Shown one piece after another: positions 1 through 10,852 of a DNA stretch of 64,000 bases. The notes under the pieces are model-generated. The model had not been told where the DNA came from. It saw only the letters and a list, made by a program, of their open reading frames with translations, and ran no database searches. The stretch covers positions 608,001 to 672,000 of the forward strand of contig CAVOUE010000003.1 in the NCBI GenBank assembly GCA_963699545.1, given 5' to 3'. The stretch is from Nitrospirota bacterium. Its GTDB lineage: Bacteria > Nitrospirota > Thermodesulfovibrionia > Thermodesulfovibrionales > UBA9159. The stretch's first letter is position 1. Each line of letters opens with the position of its first letter. The position numbers and the translations under genes were made by a program.

Positions 1-337
1 CAGGAGTGGCGAAATACACTTCACCGTGATTTGTGTGGAGATTGTATGAATTAATGCCTTTTCTCACAACGGAGTCAGGAAGATTAATGCCCTCAACCGC
101 GAGGTTCTGGACAAGGAGTTCCGATATTATCCCCCCGCAGCGGTTGCATCCCCCAGGTCCGTCCTTGGTGAAGTCTTTGGGCTCGAAGATCGTGAGCCGG
201 ATCTGTTTTCCTATCATCCTCGCCATCTTGAGCGCAAAGATGCTGAAGAAGGATCCTGTAGGGCCGCCCCCTATTACCCCGATATGTGCGCCGTCTTCTA
301 AGACATACGCATCAAGGTTGTCCGTTGTTTCCTTCAC
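1..337 (-). CDS. FAD-dependent oxidoreductase (geranylgeranyl-reductase-like N-terminus), runs off the window edge
   Basis: Manual translation from GTG at 337: VKETTDNLDAYVLEDGAHIGVIGGGPTGSFF...IFEPKDF...GCNRCGGIIS. Shows a Rossmann GxGxxG motif and a CGG motif. Absent from the ORF track because no stop lies inside the window. Confidence 0.75.
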   Translation of the reverse strand, partial: MKETTDNLDAYVLEDGAHIGVIGGGPTGSFFSIFALKMARMIGKQIRLTIFEPKDFTKDGPGGCNRCGGIISELLVQNLAVEGINLPDSVVRKGINSYNLHTNHGEVYFATP

Positions 338-970
338 AGGCCCCCTCGTATGAATAATAACCGGATATGCGCACTGCTCTTATTTCCTGGGGCTATTAGA
401 GGCTCGTTTGTGCGTCAACACAAATCTTATTTTCAGCCTGCGACGCTCAGTCTAGTCATAAGATTCCTCTGCTCTTTGTTGCTGCTCTCGAGCCAGAACC
501 TCTTTTGCCCATTCCCCCTTAGAACAAAAAAACCGAACTTACCAAAGATTTCTTTCGGCAGCTCGGCCATCTTTTCTCAAAAGATCCGCCGCTTTCTGTC
601 CCCTCCTCACGAAGGGTTTAGTCTTATCGAGACTTCTTGATTGGATACTTTCCTTGTAGCACAGAACATTTTCCATGTCAAGTTAGTTATAACTTTAGTA
701 ACTACTTTAGAAATTGAGGCAAGAGGTTATTATCCTGCTGATTTCTGCTTGAAACCTTCAGCGCTGACAAGACGACTGCTGGTGTCAGGTTCAGGAAGGA
801 AATATCCGTGTATAGTTCGGCCAGAAGTCCGATGCCATGGGTGGTGGCTTTGCTCAAAAGATGAAGTGTCCGAGCTGAGCGGAATATCCGTGAGCGAGAG
901 TCCGATGGCGAGAGATGCAATCGTATAGGGAATAACAATTGCCCGGTCAAAGAGGGAGAGGTTCACGAGT

Positions 971-3082
971 GTGATATTATATACGATGCCTGAATGGATA
1001 ACACAATGGGATACCGCGCTGTTTTATCTCCTCAACCGTGACTGCCAGAACCGGTTGTTTGACCTCCTTATGCCGACTATCACTCACAGGTGGTATCTCA
1101 TCGTCCTGCCGTTCCTGGTTCTTTTTTTTCTGCAGGAGAAGCGGAAGGCCCTTGCAGTCTTTGGTATCGCCTTTTTTTCCTTGCTTCTCGCTGACGGGTT
1201 CAGCAATGTGCTGAAACATGTCGCAGAGAGGACGAGGCCGTGTAACGTCCTTGAGGGCATCAATCTGCTGGTGGGATGCAGCAAGACCTTCTCCATGCCC
1301 TCAAGCCACGCCACCAACGCCTTTGCCTTTGCCACCCCATTTCTCTTCATGACCAGGAACCGTTTGCGCTGTCTCTTTCTCTTCATTGCCGTGCTTGTGT
1401 CCCTTTCACGTGTGTTTGTGGGCGTTCATTATCCCGGAGATGTTATTGGCGGCGCTCTGACGGGTGTTCTCGCTGCCGGAGCCGTTATGTATCTTTATGC
1501 GTGGGCTGAAAAGAGATTCCGGGACAGGCCGTATTCCACGGTCATGTATCTGTTCCTTCTCGGTCTGAGCGTGTTCCGTATGTATTACCTCTCCTTCGGT
1601 CCCCTTGACCTCAGCCCTGATGAAGCACATTACTGGGAATGGTCACGGAGGCTGGATTTAAGCTATTACTCCAAAGGCCCCGCGATCGCCTTCCTTATTG
1701 CCCTTTCGACTTCCCTGTTTGGTGATACGGTGTTTGGGGTGCGTTTCCTTGCTGTTGTCTTTTCCCTTTTCAGCAGCATCATTCTGTACGGGCTCGGCAA
1801 AGAGATGTACAATGAGCGGGTGGGGGCGGGTTCTGCAGTCCTTTTCCAGATCATACCCCTTTTCTCCGCGTTCGGCATCCTCTTGACCATAGACTCTCCT
1901 TTCCTTTTCTTCTGGATTCTCTCCCTGTATCTCTTCTGGAAAGCGGTTAATCCTGATGAGCCAGGCGGAATGCGTGAAGGGTCTCTTAGCGGTTCTTTCC
2001 GCTCAGTGCTCAGCACTCAAACCTCAACGAGGCTTTGTTGGTTTCTTCTCGGCATTTCGGTGGGGCTCGGTCTCCTTACGAAATATACCATGGCCTTTTT
2101 TTACCTCTGTGCGCTCTGTTTTCTCGTCTTTTCAGTTCACCACAGAAAGTTACTCAGGACCGCCGGGCCCTATGGGGCGTCACTCATAAGCTTCATTGTC
2201 TTCAGCCCGGTGGTGCTCTGGAACGCGCAGCATGACTGGGTCACGCTGAGACATACCGCCGGACAGGCCCATGTCGCAGAAGGTCTCCGGCTATCGGTAA
2301 AGAGTTTTATTGAGTTCGCCGGTTCTCAATTGGGTGTTGTTACGCCTGTTCTCCTTGTGCTGATCCTCATTGCGCTCTGGAGGGCCGGGGGCAAAGACCT
2401 CGACACTTCCGGCTCCCACGGGAAATTCCTCTTCTGGTTCTCGGTGCCGGTGATCATCTTTTTCATGGTGAAGAGTATCCAGGGAAAGGTCCAGGCGAAT
2501 TGGGCAATGACGGGGTATATCACGGGGCTTATTGCATTTTCAGAGATCTTCATGAACCATTGGGAGCGCCAGGGGACTTTTCTGAGGAAGATCATCATTG
2601 CAGGCATAACCCTTTCCCTTGGGCTGACCGCTGTCGCCCATTATCCGTCCAAGTTCCATCTTCCCCTTAAACTCGATCCTTCAGCCAGACTGAAGGGTTG
2701 GAAGGATCTAGGGAAAGAGGTGAGCGGTATATATTCCGATATGCGGGAGAGGGGAGAGGTCTTCATTTTTTCCGACAGCTACCAGGTCTCCAGCGAAGTA
2801 GCCTTTTACGCGGAGGGGCATCCGGTCACGTACTGTGTGAATCTTGGAAGGCGAATGAACCAGTACGACCTCTGGCCTGATTTCGGGTATTTTATCCATT
2901 CCAACGGGATTTTTGTTACAATAGGCGATACAGAATTGAACTCCAGGATCAGAGATGCCTTCCGCAGCTACCGGAAGCAGCTTTTAAAGGTGTACGACAA
3001 GGACAGGCTCTTGAGAGAATATTCAATTTTTCTCTGTTATGACTTTCAGGGTATGACGAACGAAACAATAGGAAAATACTGA
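971..3082 (+). CDS. PAP2 phosphatase fused to ArnT/PMT_2-type (GT39/GT83-like) membrane glycosyltransferase
   Basis: N-terminal PAP2 motifs K..ERTRP, PSSHA, SRVFVGVHYPGDV. These are followed by DEAHYWEWSRRLDLSYYSKGP, GLLTKY and many TM helices. Start may be ATG 986. Confidence 0.85.
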   Translation: MILYTMPEWITQWDTALFYLLNRDCQNRLFDLLMPTITHRWYLIVLPFLVLFFLQEKRKALAVFGIAFFSLLLADGFSNVLKHVAERTRPCNVLEGINLLVGCSKTFSMPSSHATNAFAFATPFLFMTRNRLRCLFLFIAVLVSLSRVFVGVHYPGDVIGGALTGVLAAGAVMYLYAWAEKRFRDRPYSTVMYLFLLGLSVFRMYYLSFGPLDLSPDEAHYWEWSRRLDLSYYSKGPAIAFLIALSTSLFGDTVFGVRFLAVVFSLFSSIILYGLGKEMYNERVGAGSAVLFQIIPLFSAFGILLTIDSPFLFFWILSLYLFWKAVNPDEPGGMREGSLSGSFRSVLSTQTSTRLCWFLLGISVGLGLLTKYTMAFFYLCALCFLVFSVHHRKLLRTAGPYGASLISFIVFSPVVLWNAQHDWVTLRHTAGQAHVAEGLRLSVKSFIEFAGSQLGVVTPVLLVLILIALWRAGGKDLDTSGSHGKFLFWFSVPVIIFFMVKSIQGKVQANWAMTGYITGLIAFSEIFMNHWERQGTFLRKIIIAGITLSLGLTAVAHYPSKFHLPLKLDPSARLKGWKDLGKEVSGIYSDMRERGEVFIFSDSYQVSSEVAFYAEGHPVTYCVNLGRRMNQYDLWPDFGYFIHSNGIFVTIGDTELNSRIRDAFRSYRKQLLKVYDKDRLLREYSIFLCYDFQGMTNETIGKY

Positions 3083-4026
3083 TGACGGTGTCTGTCGTCA
3101 TTCCGCTTTTCAATGAAGAGGATAATGTGGAGGCCCTTCACGAGAGGCTCGGAGGTGTCCTCGGTTCCCTCGGCACAGACTATGAGATCATCTACATTGA
3201 TGACGGGAGCACTGACAGGACCCTCCCCCTCCTTGAGAAGATACAGGGCGGTGACCCCTCTGTGGTTGTCCTCAGCCTCAGAAGGAATTTCGGGCAGACC
3301 GCTGCTTTTGCAGCGGGTTTTGATTTTGCCAGGGGAGATGTGGTCGTCACCATGGACGGGGACCTTCAGAACGACCCCAATGATATCCCCAAACTCCTTG
3401 AACTCATCAAGGACAGTGACCTGGTGAGCGGCTGGAGAAAAAAGAGGAAAGACCCGTTCTTCAGCAGGAGGCTGCCGTCCATGGCCGCGAACTGGCTTAT
3501 CAGTAAGGTGACAGGGGTTAAGCTCCACGACTATGGCTGTTCCCTGAAGGCGTATAGGCGCGATGTCATAAAGAACCTGAAACTGTATGGCGAGATGCAC
3601 CGCTTCATCCCTGCGGTTGCCAGCTGGTACGGGGTGAGGGTCGCAGAGGTCGAAACGGTCCATCATCCGCGGCTCAGGGGAAAGTCGAAATACGGTATTA
3701 CGAGGACCGTCAAGGTGGTTCTCGATCTCATCACCGTCAAGTTTCTCCAGAGCTTTTCGACGAAGCCCCTTCAGTTTTTCGGATCCATCGGCATGGCGTG
3801 CGGTTTTATGGGGTTCCTCGTGCTGTTCTATCTCAGCATTGAGAAACTCATCTTCGGCAACCCCATCGGCGGAAGACCTCTCCTGCTCCTCGGTGCGCTG
3901 CTCATCATAGTCGGCATCCAGTTCATCGGCATGGGGCTGCTCGGCGAGATGATCGTGAGGGTCTATCACGAGACACAGCGTAAACCCATCTATGTGATGA
4001 AGAAGGTCCTTGGCCCGTCCAAATAA
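3082..4026 (+). CDS. GT2 polyprenyl-phosphate glycosyltransferase (ArnC/GtrB-like)
   Basis: VVIPLFNEE, DDGSTD, RNFGQTAA, DGDLQNDP motifs plus two C-terminal TM helices. Start overlaps the upstream stop. Confidence 0.9.
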   Translation: MTVSVVIPLFNEEDNVEALHERLGGVLGSLGTDYEIIYIDDGSTDRTLPLLEKIQGGDPSVVVLSLRRNFGQTAAFAAGFDFARGDVVVTMDGDLQNDPNDIPKLLELIKDSDLVSGWRKKRKDPFFSRRLPSMAANWLISKVTGVKLHDYGCSLKAYRRDVIKNLKLYGEMHRFIPAVASWYGVRVAEVETVHHPRLRGKSKYGITRTVKVVLDLITVKFLQSFSTKPLQFFGSIGMACGFMGFLVLFYLSIEKLIFGNPIGGRPLLLLGALLIIVGIQFIGMGLLGEMIVRVYHETQRKPIYVMKKVLGPSK

Positions 4027-4921
4027 GATAATCATTCTTCTCATAAAGATCCTGGTCAGCGGAGGACTTCTGTATGCAGTCATCTCAAAAACAGGCATCG
4101 ACAAGGTGCTCTCTACGCTAAAGGGGATCAACATCTTTTCCTTCGTCCTTGCTGTCCTGATCTATATGTTCACCATCTATATTTCTTCCATCAGATGGCG
4201 TCTCCTTCTCCATGAGAAGTTTGGGATGAAAAGGCTTGTTTCCCTTTATTTCATCGGCTCATTTTTTAATCATCTTCTCCCCGGACTTATCGGGGGCGAT
4301 GCGGTAAAGGCCTACTATCTTTACCGGGACACCGGCCGGGGCTCATCCGCCGTCGCGTCTGTGTTCATGGATCGCTACATAGGATTTACCGCCCTTATGC
4401 TGGTGGGATTAATAGCGTTCCCCTTCGGGTTCGGTTACTTCAGGGGGTCTTACATCGAATGGGTCCTTCCCCTCATTGTTCTCCTCTTCATTACGGCGAG
4501 TTTCTTTGTTTTCGGTTTGAGGATCGGCAGGAGATTTAAGGCACTGTCGGGGTTCTATGACTATTTTGCAGTCTATAAGGGTAAGAAGACGGTGCTGGTG
4601 AGAACGCTTTTGCTCTCGGTAATGATCCAGACGATCATCATATTTGCCGTCTATGTGCTCGGCAGGGGCCTCAGCGTGAACGTACCGCTCCTTCCCCTGT
4701 TCATATTCATACCCGTGATCTGGACCATCGCCACGATCCCCATCTCCATCTCGGGGATAGGGGTGCGGGAGGCCTCTTTTGTGCTGCTTTTCGGCTTTCT
4801 GGGGATAAGCCCGGTTCAGGCGACCGCGGTGTCTTTTGCCTGGTTTCTCTCGGTCGCAACGGGGAGCCTCCCCGGGCTCGTCGAGTACCTGAGATATAAG
4901 AAGGGGACGCCAGGGAAATAG
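4010..4921 (+). CDS. Lysylphosphatidylglycerol-synthase TM domain / flippase-like protein (UPF0104)
   Basis: RWRLLL, FFNHLLPGLIGGDAVK and PISISGIGVREA motifs. Polytopic membrane protein. Confidence 0.85.
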   Translation: MARPNKIIILLIKILVSGGLLYAVISKTGIDKVLSTLKGINIFSFVLAVLIYMFTIYISSIRWRLLLHEKFGMKRLVSLYFIGSFFNHLLPGLIGGDAVKAYYLYRDTGRGSSAVASVFMDRYIGFTALMLVGLIAFPFGFGYFRGSYIEWVLPLIVLLFITASFFVFGLRIGRRFKALSGFYDYFAVYKGKKTVLVRTLLLSVMIQTIIIFAVYVLGRGLSVNVPLLPLFIFIPVIWTIATIPISISGIGVREASFVLLFGFLGISPVQATAVSFAWFLSVATGSLPGLVEYLRYKKGTPGK

Positions 4922-5085
4922 TTCTTTCATCATAGGGAGCAGTCTTGTCTTTTCGCATTCCACCATGCTAAATTTCACTTGTGTCAGTGAAATGGCTTCT
5001 CATTTCAGGGAAGAAACCAGCTGCTTAATATAGTTGTTATATCAATCAGTCGGCAATAATCTGGCGAGGTCTGAGAAAAAGTAAT

Positions 5086-6280
5086 ATGCGAAAAGACATA
5101 TTTATCGGGCTGTTGGCCATCCTGGTGATTGGATTAACCGTCCGGATGCGGAAAAACAAAAGCTCCCGCGGCCCCAAAGACCAAGGCACCGCGTGCGGTC
5201 CGCCTTGTTTCGGTCGAGAGAGGAAGTCTGCCCCGCACAGTTACCGTTACCGGCACACTCGCCGCCGATGAAGAGGTGGTCGCCAGTTTCAAGGTGTCCG
5301 GAAGGATCAGCGAAATTGCGGTTGATCTTGGCAGTACAATAAGCAGGAACCAGGTAATTGCGCGGCTCGACCCGACTGATTTTCTGCTCCGGATTGAACA
5401 GGCAGAGGCTGCCCTGCGTCAGACGCGTGCGCGGTTGGGACTTTCTCCTGATGGGTCCGACGACCGTGTAGATCCTGATAAAACAGCACCTGTCAGGGAG
5501 GCCCGGGCAGTCCTGGAGGAGGCCCGCCTGAACCGTGAACGCGCGGAAAAACTGCATGAGAAGAATTATATTTCAAAGATGGACTTTGACTCAGCCGTAT
5601 CACGCCTGCTCGTTGCCGAAAGCCGCTATCAGGCGAGTATTGAGGAGGTCCGCGACCGTCAGGCCCTCCTGGGACAGCGGAAAAGCGAGCTTGCGCTATC
5701 ACGCCAGCAGTTGGCAGATGCCACGCTCTACGCTCCCATGGATGGCGCTGTCAGGGAGCGAAAGACTTCGGTTGGTGAGTTTCTGGCCGCAGGTTCGCCC
5801 GTAGCTGTTATAGTCCGGACTCACCCCCTGCGACTCAAGGTTTCGGTGCCGGAGCGGGATGCCGCAGCCATCCGGGTCGGGCAGGTGACTCGCGTCAGGG
5901 TCGAAGGCGATCCGGCCGAACATACAGGGCGCGTGGTCCGTTTAAGCCCTGTCCTTGAGAAACAGAACCGCACGCTCACTGTTGAAGCCGAGGTGGAGAA
6001 CCGGCAAGGCAGGCTCAGGGCCGGCTCATTCGCAACGGCCGAGATACTTATCGATGCCCAACAGCCGGTTGTTCTGGCTCCTGCCTCGGCGATCGTCACC
6101 TTTGCCGGTATCGAAAAGGTGCTTGCAGAGAAACAGGGCCGCGCAATAGAACGCAGAATCCGTACCGGACGCCGTGCAGGCGACAGGGTGGAAGTCCTTG
6201 AAGGCCTTGCTCCCGGAGATCTGATCGTGGCCGAGCCCGGCAATCTTAGCGGCGGAGAGCCTGTCTCAGTGAAACAATAG
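5086..6280 (+). pseudogene. RND efflux periplasmic adaptor (MFP), 5' part frameshifted (probably sequencing indels)
   Basis: ORF 5276-6280 has lipoyl/hairpin MFP features (KVSGRISEIAVDLG, APMDGAV, TGRRAGDRVEVLEGL). The signal peptide starting at 5086 and a GCG lipobox-like segment lie in other frames, needing about two shifts near 5137 and 5230. Confidence 0.8.
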
Positions 6281-6287
6281 GACCTTT

Positions 6288-9200
6288 GTGCAAAAACTCG
6301 CTGAAATCTGTATACGCCGTCCGATCTTTGCGGCAATGCTTATTTTGGCGCTCTGTGTTGTTGGCGGAGCAAGCTACGTCCGTCTCGGTGTCGATCGCTT
6401 CCCCTCTGTCGATCTCCCGACCGTCAGTATCCGCACAGAACTGCCAGGCGCCTCCACAGAAGAGGTTGAGACCGAAATCTCGAAGCGTATAGAGGAGGCG
6501 GTCAACACCATCCAGGGCATCGACGAACTGCGTTCGATCTCCGGGCCCGGAACTTCTGTTGTCATTGTGACCTTCAACCTCAGCCGTGACATAGACACGG
6601 CGACGCAGGACGTGAGGGACCGCGTCGCGACAGTGCTTAAAAACCTGCCCGAGGACGCAACCCCGCCGCTCATATCCAAATCAGACAACGACTCTCAGCC
6701 GGTGCTCACTGTCGCTCTTTCGGGTGAACGTACACTTCGTGAGCTGACCGAACTGGCCGACAAGGTCGTAAAGGTGCGCCTGGAGCGTTCTGACGGGGTG
6801 GGCGATGTGCAGCTTGTCGGCGGCCTGAACCGTGCCATGAACATCTGGGTGGAGGCGGACCGGCTGGAGGCTTACAGGTTCCCGATTACCCTCGTGCGCG
6901 ACGCCATAGTCCGCCAGAACACCGATTCTGCCGGCGGCAACGTGACCCGCGGCCCCCGTGAAGAGACACTCCGGACAATCGGCCGGCTGACAGACGCCCA
7001 GGCCTTTAACAACCTGGAAATAACCAGCATTGATGGCGCGCCGATCAGGATACGCGATATCGGCTGGGCAGAGGACGACGCCAAGGAACAGCGCTCAACA
7101 GCCCGTTTAAACGGTATTCCCACGGTGGTCCTCGAGGTCCGGAGGCAGTCGGGCGCCAATACGGTTGCAGTCATCGAGAGCGTCAAGAAAAATCTCAAGG
7201 CCGCCATGGGAGAACTGCCGGCCGGGCTTGAGCTGACCGTCATCCAGGACCAGTCGCGCTATATCTATGCAGCGCTTCACGAAATCAACGTGCATCTGAT
7301 CCTCGGCAGCATCCTTGCCTCCCTGGTCGTACTTGCCTTCATGCGCAACTGGCGTTCAACCGTGATCGCGGCTGTGGCTATCCCGGCTTCGGTGGTCGCG
7401 ACCTTCGGCATGATGCGCGCGCTCGATTTTACGCTGAACAGTGTGACCATGCTCGCCCTTGTGCTGATGGTGGGGGTTGTGATCGATGACGCCATTGTTG
7501 TCCTCGAAAACATATTCCGTTTTATCGAGGAAAAAGGCATGAAGCCCTTCGAGGCCGCAAAGGCGGCGACCGCTGACATCGGCCTTGCCGTCATGGCTAC
7601 TACGCTTTCACTCGTCGTTATCTTTATCCCGGTTTCTTTTATGTCGAGCATCTCAGGCCGCTTTCTCTATCAGTTCGGGATCACGGCAGCGGTGGCTGTC
7701 ATGGTAAGCCTGCTCGTTTCCTTTACCCTCACTCCTATGATGAGCGCACGACTGTTGCGGCCGGTGAGACCCGAGTCCGGTAACAACGATAACAAGGAAG
7801 AGGCGCCCCGGTCCCGGGGCGGATTCTATCGATGGCTCGACGAGGGGTACGGCAAGGTCCTCGCCTTTGCCATGCGTAATCGGCTTACGGTTGTCCTGAT
7901 TTCACTAGTGGTTATCATGTCTACAATCCCGTTGTATAAACTGCTTAAGCAGGATTACCTGCCGGGCAATGTGGACGAAGGCGAGTTTAACGTTAATGTC
8001 ACCGCTCCCCAGGGCACGAGTCTTGCCGCTATGGACGAGATCATGCTCGCAATAGGAAAAGAGATCCGGGATGTGCCGGGAGTTCAGATTGTACTCACTA
8101 CGGCCGGAGGCGGCTTCATCGGAGGAGTGAGCGAAGGCAGGACCTACGTGCGGCTCGCTCCCCACGAGGAGCGTGTCTTTTCCCTTGGGCTGCTCGCAAA
8201 AAACACTCTTGCGGGCAGGCCTCTTGCCACATTCCGGCAGATTGTCTCCCAGGCTGAAATCATGCAGGAGGTGCGGAAACGGCTGAAAAAATTCCGGGAC
8301 CTGAGGATCTCTGTGCGTAACCTGACCGGATTCAATATAGGCGGTGGCAGCTCTGAAATAGACTTCGTGCTGCGCGGGCCGGACCTCAATGCGCTCTATT
8401 CCTACGCTGAAGGCCTGCGGACCAGGGCAGATGCCCTCGGGATCATGGACGCGGACACGACCCTCAAGCTGGACAAGCCGGAACTGCGTATCCAGCTCGA
8501 CAGGGCCAGGGCCGACGATCTCGGAGTCGATCCCGGCCGGATAGGCACTGCGATCAGGCTCCTGGTTGGCGGTGATCAGGAGGTTTCACGGTTCCGGGAC
8601 CCTGCTGTCAACGAAGATTACGACGTTGAGTTACGGCTGCGTGAAGAGGACCGCGCGAATCCGGCTACCATAGGGCGGCTGTTTGTGGCCCGTGATGACG
8701 GCAGTCTTGTGCGTCTTGACAACGTGGCGCGGATCGAACAGATCAAGAGCGCCTCACGCATCGACCGCCTCAACCGGCAGCGGGAAGTCCGCCTGCGTGC
8801 GTCGGTAGCGCCGGGTTACGGCCTGGCGGACCGGCTGGCGGCCCTAAGGGCGGCTGTTACAGAGATGAATCTGCCTTCCGCCTACACAACCGCTGTCTCA
8901 GGCCGGGGACGGGAGCTCGAACGGACCTTCGGCGAATTCATCTGGGCCTTTGCCCTTTCAATGGTCTTCATGTACATGATCCTTGCCTCCCAGTTCGAAA
9001 ACCTCATCCACCCCTTCACCATCCTGCTGTCGCTGCCGCTGACAGTCCCCTTTGCGCTTCTGTCGCTCTGGCTCACCGGCAACTCGCTTAACCTTTATTC
9101 CGCCCTGGGCATCCTGGTGCTCTTCGGAGTGGTCAAGAAAAATGCCATCCTCCAGATCGACCACATGAACAACCTGCGGGCTGCCGGCATGGAACGTTCC

Positions 9201-9485
9201 GCGGCCATCCTGCAGGGCAACCGCGACCGGCTGAGGCCGATCCTTATGACCACGCTGACCTTTGTGGCCGGTATGATCCCTCTGGCTGTCGGCACCGGCC
9301 CTGGTTCCGAGGAGCGCCGTGTGATAGCAGTCGTTGTGATCGGGGGACAGACGCTCTCTCTCCTTCTGACCCTCATCGCCACTCCGGTCGTCTATTCACT
9401 TTTGGACGACCTGGGGTTTGCCTTCACAAAATGGCGGCGGCCCGGCTCAGGGAAGTTGTCCGCAGTCCGTCCGGTCAATTGGTGA
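6288..9485 (+). CDS. AcrB/AcrD/AcrF family RND permease
   Basis: 1065 aa with RRPIFA, VGVVIDDAIVVLENI, KKNAIL and RLRPILMTT motifs. Confidence 0.95.
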   Translation: MQKLAEICIRRPIFAAMLILALCVVGGASYVRLGVDRFPSVDLPTVSIRTELPGASTEEVETEISKRIEEAVNTIQGIDELRSISGPGTSVVIVTFNLSRDIDTATQDVRDRVATVLKNLPEDATPPLISKSDNDSQPVLTVALSGERTLRELTELADKVVKVRLERSDGVGDVQLVGGLNRAMNIWVEADRLEAYRFPITLVRDAIVRQNTDSAGGNVTRGPREETLRTIGRLTDAQAFNNLEITSIDGAPIRIRDIGWAEDDAKEQRSTARLNGIPTVVLEVRRQSGANTVAVIESVKKNLKAAMGELPAGLELTVIQDQSRYIYAALHEINVHLILGSILASLVVLAFMRNWRSTVIAAVAIPASVVATFGMMRALDFTLNSVTMLALVLMVGVVIDDAIVVLENIFRFIEEKGMKPFEAAKAATADIGLAVMATTLSLVVIFIPVSFMSSISGRFLYQFGITAAVAVMVSLLVSFTLTPMMSARLLRPVRPESGNNDNKEEAPRSRGGFYRWLDEGYGKVLAFAMRNRLTVVLISLVVIMSTIPLYKLLKQDYLPGNVDEGEFNVNVTAPQGTSLAAMDEIMLAIGKEIRDVPGVQIVLTTAGGGFIGGVSEGRTYVRLAPHEERVFSLGLLAKNTLAGRPLATFRQIVSQAEIMQEVRKRLKKFRDLRISVRNLTGFNIGGGSSEIDFVLRGPDLNALYSYAEGLRTRADALGIMDADTTLKLDKPELRIQLDRARADDLGVDPGRIGTAIRLLVGGDQEVSRFRDPAVNEDYDVELRLREEDRANPATIGRLFVARDDGSLVRLDNVARIEQIKSASRIDRLNRQREVRLRASVAPGYGLADRLAALRAAVTEMNLPSAYTTAVSGRGRELERTFGEFIWAFALSMVFMYMILASQFENLIHPFTILLSLPLTVPFALLSLWLTGNSLNLYSALGILVLFGVVKKNAILQIDHMNNLRAAGMERSAAILQGNRDRLRPILMTTLTFVAGMIPLAVGTGPGSEERRVIAVVVIGGQTLSLLLTLIATPVVYSLLDDLGFAFTKWRRPGSGKLSAVRPVNW

Positions 9486-9576
9486 TGCCAAGTCATTACT
9501 TAGATCGATAGTGCCGATGACTGCTTGGATTTCCTGGAACAATCGGCCCTGTCCGCACGTGAAAGGAAGATCGAGT

Positions 9577-9858
9577 TTAAGCGCCGATGCGGTTCTTCAT
9601 TCGATCGTAGATGTCCTTCCGATGGCCGATACCAAGAACTATGATCATCGAACGGTCGAATTCAAAAATAACACGGTAGTCGCCGATGCGGAGCTTCCAG
9701 TATCCCTTCAGCGTCCTCCTCAACGGCACGGCATACTGTTCAGGATACGTGGTCAGCTTTGTTTCGATCGCATTCTTTACCGTAAGCTTCATAGCAGCTG
9801 GCAACGCCGGGATATCATGTTTCACTACTTCCTTGTGATAGCTGATAGTAAATGACAC
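9577..9858 (-). CDS. RelE/ParE family toxin
   Basis: LRRTLKGYWKLRIGDYRVIF...IGHRKDIY. Likely start is GTG 9858, directly after the antitoxin stop. Confidence 0.9.
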   Translation of the reverse strand: MSFTISYHKEVVKHDIPALPAAMKLTVKNAIETKLTTYPEQYAVPLRRTLKGYWKLRIGDYRVIFEFDRSMIIVLGIGHRKDIYDRMKNRIGA

Positions 9859-9859
9859 T

Positions 9860-10087
9860 TCAGCTCCAGGCCTTTTTATGAGAAACAAGCTCCGACTTCT
9901 TGAGAGATTTCTTCCTCTCATCCGCAAGCGCAGCCAAAGCTATGTCCTCCTGGATCTCCAGCGCATCCTCGATGAGATCCTCGACAACGGAAGACATCGA
10001 AAGACCTCTTGCTTCTGAAAGGGTCTGCACATCAGCATAAATACGCGGATTCAAAACGACATTTATGCGGGGTTTTTTCGTAGGCAT
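9860..10087 (-). CDS. Ribbon-helix-helix antitoxin
   Basis: MPTKKPRINVVL...LSMSSVVEDLIEDALEIQEDIALAALADER...VSHKKAW. Lies directly upstream of the RelE toxin. Confidence 0.8.
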   Translation of the reverse strand: MPTKKPRINVVLNPRIYADVQTLSEARGLSMSSVVEDLIEDALEIQEDIALAALADERKKSLKKSELVSHKKAWS

Positions 10088-10339
10088 AAACACCTCCCTT
10101 GTCTTTTCCATAGTGTAACACAAATAGCACACTGTACAAAAGACAGGGAAAAATATTCAACATACATAATTCCTATGGAAAACTAGGGACACATGTTAAT
10201 GCTCAGCGCCGGAGGCAGACAAACCGGCCCTGCCTCATCGAACCGTGTCAGTCCGGGCTTCTGCCTCCGCAAGTGACGCCCCTTGTCCTGGAAACCCATA
10301 TTGTCAGAATCCTCTGTAATGATGTAGAATTTATCAACT

Positions 10340-10852
10340 ATGGTCTTCGATAGCAAAACAGTGAAGAAATACTTTTCCTGGGCGCTGGATACGGCCAAAG
10401 AATCCCACCTGCGAGTGCTCAGCGATGTTCCCCTCTTTAAGGGCATAGGCAAGAAACTTCGCAGGAAACTGCTCATCGACCTCATTGAAAAGAAATACAC
10501 AACGGGTGATGTCATTTTTCACGAGGGGGAAAGCGGAAAGGCGGTCTATGTCGTCCTGGAAGGATCGGTAAAAATAATCAAGAGGTCGAGTTCAGAGAAC
10601 AAGACCCTTGCTGTGCTCGGGCCGGGGTCCCATTTCGGTGAGCTCGCCCTCATCGACCAATGTTCCCGCTTCGCGACTGCCATCACAGAAAAGGACGCCC
10701 TGCTTTTGATCATGTACAAATCGTATTTTGACGACCTTATCCGGGGGAACAGCGCCATCTCCTCCAGGATTCTTCTGAACCTGGCCGAAATCCTGTCAAG
10801 CTACATACACCGTGACCAGTCTGAAAGAAATGATCAAAAGACGTCGTCATGA
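10340..10852 (+). CDS. Stand-alone cyclic-nucleotide-binding domain protein
   Basis: IFHEGESG..VYVVLEGSV, FGELALID..RFATA. No HTH tail. Confidence 0.85.
   Translation: MVFDSKTVKKYFSWALDTAKESHLRVLSDVPLFKGIGKKLRRKLLIDLIEKKYTTGDVIFHEGESGKAVYVVLEGSVKIIKRSSSENKTLAVLGPGSHFGELALIDQCSRFATAITEKDALLLIMYKSYFDDLIRGNSAISSRILLNLAEILSSYIHRDQSERNDQKTSS

Noticed and set aside
641-966. Short ORFs and an imperfect direct repeat (GGAA(A)TATCCGTG...AGTCCGATG at ~798 and ~881) in the divergent intergenic region
   Set aside because: No recognisable protein or riboswitch consensus. Repeat too short and degenerate to interpret.
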